From an uncultured Mailhella sp. (lineage in GTDB: Bacteria; Desulfobacterota; Desulfovibrionia; Desulfovibrionales; Desulfovibrionaceae): a stretch of 64,000 bases of DNA. Under the pieces are notes generated by a model. The model worked only from the letters and a program-made list of their open reading frames with translations. It searched no databases and was not told the origin of the DNA. The first letter of the stretch is position 1; each line of letters opens with the position of its first letter. The translations under genes and the position numbers were made by a program. Where the stretch lies: the NCBI GenBank assembly GCA_964632155.1, contig CAZWBH010000006.1, positions 7,558 through 71,557 of the forward strand, written 5' to 3'. Of the stretch, positions 58,402 through 64,000 are shown piece after piece.

Positions 58402-59622
58402 TTATTTGCCTTCCTTCACCAGGCGCACGGCAATGCGCGAGATTTCCAGCTCTTCATCCGTGGGCACCACGGCCACCTTGACGCGGGAATTGGCAGCGCT
58501 GATGTAGTGGGAACCGCTTTCGCGCCTGGCGTTGGCCTCGGTGTCGAGTACGATGCCGAATTCTTCCAGACCTTCCAGGATCTTGGCGCGCACGCCGATG
58601 GCGTTTTCTCCAATTCCACCGGCAAAAGCGATGATATCCACATGGCCGAGCGCGGCCAGATAGGCGCCGATGTACTTCTTTACGGTATAACACTGGATGT
58701 GGAAGGTGAGGATGCAGTCCGGATCCCCCTCCTTCATGCCGGCATCAATGTCACGGCTGTCGCTCTTGCCGCAGAGACCGAGATAGCCGGATTTTTTGTT
58801 CATGAGGTTGTCAATCTCATCAGGGCTGAAGCCTTCGTTCTTCATGAGGAAGGGCACAATGGCGGGGTCTATGTCGCCGCAACGCGTGCCCATGACCACG
58901 CCCTGCAACGGTGTAAGGCCCATGGATGTATCCACGCATTTTCCGGCACGTACGGCGGAGATGGATGAACCGTTGCCCAAGTGGCAGACAATAACGTTGA
59001 CTTCCTCGGGCTTCTTGCCAAGCAGTGCTGCCGCGGCCTTGGAAACATAGCGATGCGAGGTGCCGTGGAAGCCATAACGGCGGATACGGTACTTCTTGGT
59101 CAGTTCCTTAGGCAGGGCATAGGTGTAGGCGTAGTCGGGCATGGTGGCGTGGAAGCCTGTATCAAAGACGGCAACGTTCGGGACACCGGGGAAGATTTTT
59201 TCCATGGCTTCTATGCCCGTGAGATTGCCAGGATTGTGCAACGGGCCAAGCGGAATAAAATCGCGTATAACCTGCTTCACTTCCGGGGTGACAATGGCTT
59301 CCTGATAGTCCGGGCCGCCTAAAAGTACACGGTGGCCAATGACGATGATTTCGGATTTATCGCTGATGACGCCGCCAAGGGCGGGATTCAGCAGAACTTC
59401 GGCCACCTTGGCCATACCTGCGGCGTGGTCGCAGTAGTTGCCGGGATAGACAAATTTTTCAGACTCTCCGACCGCGTTAAAGCGTTTGTGGGTAAGCAGA
59501 CTGTCCGGAGCGCCGATGCGTTCCACAAGGCCCTGGCAGAGGCGTTTTTCCGTGCCTTCTTCGAGAACCTGATACTTGAAAGAGGAACTCCCCCCGTTGA
59601 TAACAAGAATCTTTTTGGTCAT
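58402..59622 (-). CDS. ackA: Acetate kinase
   Basis: KILVINGGSSSFKYQV, GFHGTSH and AFAGGIGEN. Confidence 0.95.
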   Translation of the reverse strand: MTKKILVINGGSSSFKYQVLEEGTEKRLCQGLVERIGAPDSLLTHKRFNAVGESEKFVYPGNYCDHAAGMAKVAEVLLNPALGGVISDKSEIIVIGHRVLLGGPDYQEAIVTPEVKQVIRDFIPLGPLHNPGNLTGIEAMEKIFPGVPNVAVFDTGFHATMPDYAYTYALPKELTKKYRIRRYGFHGTSHRYVSKAAAALLGKKPEEVNVIVCHLGNGSSISAVRAGKCVDTSMGLTPLQGVVMGTRCGDIDPAIVPFLMKNEGFSPDEIDNLMNKKSGYLGLCGKSDSRDIDAGMKEGDPDCILTFHIQCYTVKKYIGAYLAALGHVDIIAFAGGIGENAIGVRAKILEGLEEFGIVLDTEANARRESGSHYISAANSRVKVAVVPTDEELEISRIAVRLVKEGK

Positions 59623-61155
59623 TTACCTGAGTCCTTTTTCGGCTTGTGCCTGGATGGCGGTGATGGCAACAGTGTTCACGATGTCCGGTACGGTGCAACC
59701 ACGGGAAAGGTCGTTCACGGGTTTGCGCAAACCTTGGAGTACGGGTCCGATGGCCACGGCATGGGCAGAACGCTGAACAGCCTTGTAAAGGTTGTTGCCG
59801 GTGTTGATGTCGGGGACGATAAAAACGGTGGCGCGACCGGCCACAGGGTCACCGGGCATTTTGGTCTTGGCGGTGACAGGATCAACGGCTGCGTCATACT
59901 GGATGGGTCCGGTGATGAGCATATCTGGCGCTTGTTCCTTGGCCAGGCGGGTGGCCTCGCGCACCTTGTCAACAGATTCACCCTTGCCGGAATTTCCCGT
60001 GGAATAGGAGAGCATGGCCACGCGCGCCTCCAACCCAAAGGCCTGGGCCGTTTCCGCTGTGGTCACGGCAATGGTGGCCAGTTGCTCGGCGGTGGGGTCA
60101 AGGTTGATGGCGCAGTCACCGTAGGTATTCACGCGATCCTTTAGGCAGACGAAGAAGGCGCTGGAAACAATGGAAGCATTGGGCTTGGTTTTGATGAATT
60201 CAAGAGCCGGGCGCACAGTGTGGGCGGTTGTATTCACGGCTCCGGAAACCATGCCATCGGCCTGTTCCTTGTAGATCATCATGGTGCCATAATAAGTGGC
60301 ATCGGTCATCTTTTCGCGGGCCTGCTCCAAGGTTACTCCCTTCTTGGCACGAAGCTCGGCATAGGTGGCGGCGAAATCTTCAAAGTCAGGAGATTTTACG
60401 GGATCAATGATTTCGGCTTCTTCAACACTCACGCCCAGTTCGGCGGCGCGTGCCTGAATTTTTTCAGAGTCGCCAAGCAGAATGATGGTGGCAACCTTGC
60501 GCTGGAGAAGAATAGAGGCGGCCTGAATGAGACGATCTTCTTCACCTTCGGGGAGTACAATACGCATGGGGTGCTTTTGGGCCTGCGCAATAAGCCCGAA
60601 TTCGAAGAGTCGAGGCGTAACGTGTACCTGGCAGGCATCGATAATGCCGGAGAAGGCGGCAATTTTGCTGCTGACAGGGAAGGGGAAGTGGGCGTTGACG
60701 GCTTCTTCCTCTTCAGCGGACATGCTGGTGAGGTACACGCCAAGAAGTTCAACGCACTGTTCCTTCATCTGACACTGGAAGGCGGTGATTTCGGCCATCA
60801 CCTCCACGGCCTGGCAGCCTTCGCCGGAAAGAGCGAGCAGAATAGGCGCTCCCAAATTGGCGGCCGCGCAGGTGTTGAGAGCTACTTCAAAGGCGGCGTT
60901 TTTGCCGTTGAAGTCGCTGCCTTCAATGACTACGAAGTCGGCATCCGCGGCGATTTTGGTGTATTCGGCAAGGATGGAGTCTATAAAGACATTACCCTTT
61001 CCAGCGTTGATGTGTTCTCGGGCGTTGCAGAGGCAGGGGAAAGGTCGGAACAGAGAGGCTTTGCCGCAACCGTTGGCCAGTTCCATCATGCCGGCAACGG
61101 CTTCAGCCTTGCCAGATCCGGATGCAAGCGCGGTGATAAAAAGTGTACGAGCCAT
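59623..61155 (-). CDS. pta: Phosphate acetyltransferase (short-N-domain form)
   Basis: The C-terminal PTA_PTB domain (RIVLPEGEEDR, GDCAINLDPT, MLSYSTGNSGKG, VNDLSRG) is preceded by only about 180 aa of a DethioBiotin-synthetase-like N-domain. Confidence 0.9.
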   Translation of the reverse strand: MARTLFITALASGSGKAEAVAGMMELANGCGKASLFRPFPCLCNAREHINAGKGNVFIDSILAEYTKIAADADFVVIEGSDFNGKNAAFEVALNTCAAANLGAPILLALSGEGCQAVEVMAEITAFQCQMKEQCVELLGVYLTSMSAEEEEAVNAHFPFPVSSKIAAFSGIIDACQVHVTPRLFEFGLIAQAQKHPMRIVLPEGEEDRLIQAASILLQRKVATIILLGDSEKIQARAAELGVSVEEAEIIDPVKSPDFEDFAATYAELRAKKGVTLEQAREKMTDATYYGTMMIYKEQADGMVSGAVNTTAHTVRPALEFIKTKPNASIVSSAFFVCLKDRVNTYGDCAINLDPTAEQLATIAVTTAETAQAFGLEARVAMLSYSTGNSGKGESVDKVREATRLAKEQAPDMLITGPIQYDAAVDPVTAKTKMPGDPVAGRATVFIVPDINTGNNLYKAVQRSAHAVAIGPVLQGLRKPVNDLSRGCTVPDIVNTVAITAIQAQAEKGLR

Positions 61156-61410
61156 GTGTTGTCTCCTTGACAGGCGTCAGAGTAGGGTGCCGGGCACAAG
61201 GCCCGTAAAAGAAAAACAACACAAACCATTGTAATAAGTTGGGGATTTCCGTCAAGAGCCGCCCAGTGTGGAGAGATGCGGCAGGAATAAAGAAAGAAGA
61301 AGAAAAACATATGATTGCATAAAAAGAAGTGGTCGTAGAAATATTGTTTGTGTACTCAATCCAATAAGCGGGTACAAAAAAACTGCACAAAATTTTGCGC
61401 AGACAAAAAT

Positions 61411-61487
<77 letters not shown>

Positions 61488-61526
61488 AGCTAACACTATA
61501 CAACAAAGTCAGAATATATTTTTACA

Positions 61527-61555
61527 AAAATAGGTGGGTTTCCTAACTATGTCAA
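61527..61555 (-). promoter_or_regulatory. Candidate sigma70 promoter for tRNA-Asp copy 1
   Basis: On the minus strand: TTGACA (61550-61555), a 17-nt spacer, then TATTTT (61527-61532), about 40 nt upstream of the tRNA 5' end. Confidence 0.4.
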
Positions 61556-61840
61556 GTTCTTTTTGGGAGATTATTATGCCAGTGAGAGCGACTAGACAAG
61601 GTTCATAGCAAGTTTTTCCAATATAGTTATCTTTCCCTACGTTGGGTGGCGTACTTACAATCCGGCTGTATCCTGGCCGCTCTTCAAATATAATAAAAGA
61701 TCCCTTTGTCATAACAAGAAACAGAACAAAGGTTCTTTCAAAGCGGATGTCAGAGAAAAACAGAAAATAAACTAAAACACCTTACAGGATATTGATCTTA
61801 TCACGGGGAAAAGCAGATTTTTCTCTTTGTAAAAAATTTG

Positions 61841-61917
<77 letters not shown>

Positions 61918-61926
61918 CCATAAGCA

Positions 61927-62002
61927 TGGTGGGCAGTACAGGACTTGAACCTGTGACCCCCGCCGTGTGAAGACGATGCTCTACCTGCTGAGCTAACTGC
62001 CC
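61927..62002 (-). tRNA. tRNA-Val (CAC), CCA encoded
   Basis: The reverse complement is GGGCAGTTAGCTCAGCAGGTAGAGCATCGTCTTCACACGGCGGGGGTCACAGGTTCAAGTCCTGTACTGCCCACCA. The anticodon loop is TTCACAC. Confidence 0.9.
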
Positions 62003-62015
62003 ATGCGCTGGTATG

Positions 62016-62044
62016 CTTTTAGGTAAAATGCACTTTGCTGTCAA
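62016..62044 (-). promoter_or_regulatory. Candidate promoter for the tRNA-Val/Asp unit
   Basis: On the minus strand: TTGACA (62039-62044), a 17-nt spacer, then TAAAAG (62016-62021), which is a weak -10. Confidence 0.3.
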
Positions 62045-62437
62045 CATAAAAATTCACGTTTTCGTAAAATTTCATGAAAATTTTTCAATGTTCCTGAATA
62101 ACGCAAGAATTGCAACTGTAGAACAAGACAGCAAAAAGTTGGCGTTTTTAACACAGCGAAATGCTTCAGAAGGGAAGGCTGTCCACACGCTTGTTGAACG
62201 TTTCTACGGATTTATTCCGTTTATGTTCAATTTCGCGAATCAGACAGTGAGCGCAGTCTTCGATTTTTAGATAAAATTCAGCTCGTACTTGCAGCTAAGG
62301 AGCGATATTCAAGGGCAGAGGAATACCGAGTATAGCAATACTGCACGCATTTTTGTTGGGGAAGTGTCGTCTTTTAATGAAACAGTTCAAATTTAGCCGA
62401 CACTCTTTTGTTTTTGCGGCGAGTCTGCGTTACCGAA

Positions 62438-63862
62438 TTAATAACGGTACAGTTCGCTCTTGAAGGGTCCTTCCACGGGTACGCCAATATAGGCGGCCTG
62501 TTTTTGCGTAAGTGTGGTGAGCTTTGCTCCGAGACGCCCGAGATGAAGACGGGCGACTTCTTCATCGAGTTTTTTGGGTAGCGTGTAAACCTTGACATCG
62601 TGTTCGTTGCAGGCAAGATCCATCTGTGCCAGGACTTGATTGGTGAAGGAATTGGACATGACGAAGCTGGCGTGACCCGTAGCGCAACCCAGATTCACAA
62701 GGCGTCCTTCGGCGAGTACGACAATGGAACGCCCTGAGGGAAGTGTCCATTTATCTACCTGTGGTTTAATCTCCGTCTTGCAACAGTCGGGATTGCCTTC
62801 AAGCCAGGACATCTGGATTTCACTGTCGAAATGGCCGATATTGCAGACAATGGATTCGTCCTTCATGCCCATCATGTGTTCCCCGGTAATAACATCGCAG
62901 TTGCCGGTACACGTGACATAGATATCGCCTATGGGCAGGGCATCTTCCAGCGTGACAACTTCATAGCCTTCCATGGCGGCCTGAAGCGCACAGATGGGGT
63001 CGATTTCGGTGACAAGCACGCGGGCGCCAAAACCCCGCATGGAGGCGGCGCAGCCCTTGCCTACTTCGCCGTAGCCGCAGACAACTACTACCTTCCCCGC
63101 TACCATGATATCTGTGGCGCGCTTGATGCCATCGGCCAGCGATTCGCGGCAACCGTAGAGATTGTCGAACTTGGACTTGGTTACCGAGTCATTAACGTTG
63201 ATGGCGGGGAAGAGTAGCTTGCCATCGCGTTCCATCTGATACAGACGGTGTACCCCTGTGGTGGTCTCTTCGGATACGCCGCGCACTTTTTTGGCCACGC
63301 GATGCCAGCGCTGCGGATCGTTCTTCAGTGAGAGCGCCAGGCGCTCCATGATGACGCCTTCTTCCTTGCAGGAGGGCGCCTTTTCAAGCACGGAGGGGTC
63401 GTTTTCGGCTTCCACACCCTTGTGGATAAGGAGTGTGGCGTCGCCGCCGTCGTCCACAATAAGATCCGGGCCGGATCCGTCTGGCCAAGTAAGCGCCATT
63501 TCTGTACACCACCAGTATTCTTCAAGGCTTTCACCCTTCCAGGCAAAAACTTTGGCCATGCCCTGATCAACAATGGCCGCCGCTGCGTGATCCTGTGTGG
63601 AGAAGATATTGCAGGAAGCCCAGCGTAGATCGGCGCCCAGAGAAAAGAGCGTGCGGATGAGCATGGCCGTTTGTATGGTCATATGCAGAGAACCGCTGAT
63701 TTTCATGCCTTTAAGGGGTTTTGCATCGCTATAACGCCGGATAAGTTCCATAAGGCCGGGCATTTCGCGTTCGGAGAGTTGCATTTCTTTTTTGCCAAAG
63801 GGGGCCAGGCTGAGATCAGCGATTTTGTGGTCAAGGGAAAGGTCGAGAGGGCAAGCAGACAT
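62438..63862 (-). CDS. ahcY: Adenosylhomocysteinase
   Basis: 474 aa with [15 protein letters not shown], an NAD-binding segment [12 protein letters not shown], and a C-terminal ...[10 protein letters not shown]. Confidence 0.95.
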   Translation of the reverse strand: MSACPLDLSLDHKIADLSLAPFGKKEMQLSEREMPGLMELIRRYSDAKPLKGMKISGSLHMTIQTAMLIRTLFSLGADLRWASCNIFSTQDHAAAAIVDQGMAKVFAWKGESLEEYWWCTEMALTWPDGSGPDLIVDDGGDATLLIHKGVEAENDPSVLEKAPSCKEEGVIMERLALSLKNDPQRWHRVAKKVRGVSEETTTGVHRLYQMERDGKLLFPAINVNDSVTKSKFDNLYGCRESLADGIKRATDIMVAGKVVVVCGYGEVGKGCAASMRGFGARVLVTEIDPICALQAAMEGYEVVTLEDALPIGDIYVTCTGNCDVITGEHMMGMKDESIVCNIGHFDSEIQMSWLEGNPDCCKTEIKPQVDKWTLPSGRSIVVLAEGRLVNLGCATGHASFVMSNSFTNQVLAQMDLACNEHDVKVYTLPKKLDEEVARLHLGRLGAKLTTLTQKQAAYIGVPVEGPFKSELYRY

Positions 63863-64000
63863 AACGGCTCCGATAGTTTAGTTGGATTGAAAGGTATTGA
63901 GATGTGCGATTAGACAGGAGTTACAGGCAAAGGACGGAGGCGGCGTGCAAGGATAAGGTGAAGGGCAAGGCCTTTTTTTACAGGTTGTCGACGATAACTT

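Noticed and set aside
59332-61170. 270-aa and 316-aa plus-strand ORFs over ackA and pta
   Set aside because: They are antisense to ackA/pta and Gly-rich nonsense. Other long shadow ORFs were dismissed for the same reason (11232-12245, 19359-20072, 20795-21550, 23084-23926, 25327-26193, 56122-57057).
61509-61712. 67-aa ORF in the spacer between the two tRNA-Asp genes, and the 85-aa ORF at 62013-62270
   Set aside because: These are AT-rich intergenic DNA with no RBS or motif. They overlap likely tRNA promoters.
63863-64000. Possible SAH riboswitch upstream of ahcY
   Set aside because: The 138 nt available upstream show no CCGAGGAGCGCUGC / GGCUCGG...CGGCGCUCAC-like elements. The window also ends here.

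Overview
Most of this 64-kb window is conserved chromosomal core from a moderately GC-rich bacterium. 60-nt lines I counted in coding regions run about 55-60% G+C. Gene content and order recall Desulfovibrionaceae as I remember them: yceD-rpmF-plsX-fabG-acpP-fabF-glyA-dCMP deaminase-ribD-ribE-ribH-nusB-leuS-lptE-holA-radC-lon, plus cbiK, a DsrE-like protein, and MOSC-moaC/mog-moaA. That taxonomic placement is inference only. I call about 55 protein genes and 4 tRNAs: Leu-TAA, Val-CAC and two identical Asp-GTC.

The only clearly accessory block is a complete type III restriction-modification module (mod 33948-35885, res 35885-38959) inserted between an AlaX-like editing protein and pyridoxal kinase. 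Its mod gene carries a sharply low-GC central tract (about 22-32% versus 60% in the flanks) that covers the target-recognition region. That tract also contains A9 and A8 homopolymer runs.

Two decayed mobile-element relics are present:
- An IS1-family insA/insB' relic at 6917-7352, which keeps a canonical -1 slippery heptamer.
- Frame-broken debris resembling a reverse transcriptase at about 54240-54790, just upstream of rne.

Several gene-order and architecture anomalies stand out:
- fabH is missing from the fab cluster and is replaced by a 620-bp low-GC spacer with repeated TTTTCTGAAAAC palindromes.
- ribBA is missing from the rib operon.
- RNase E has a roughly 460-aa N-terminal Arg-rich extension.
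- Pta lacks the DRTGG region.
- HtpG has a 43-aa acidic segment in the lid region, about 30 aa longer than in E. coli.

I found no CRISPR array, no riboswitch I could support, and no convincing novel multi-gene system. The items in findings are leads for follow-up, not discoveries.
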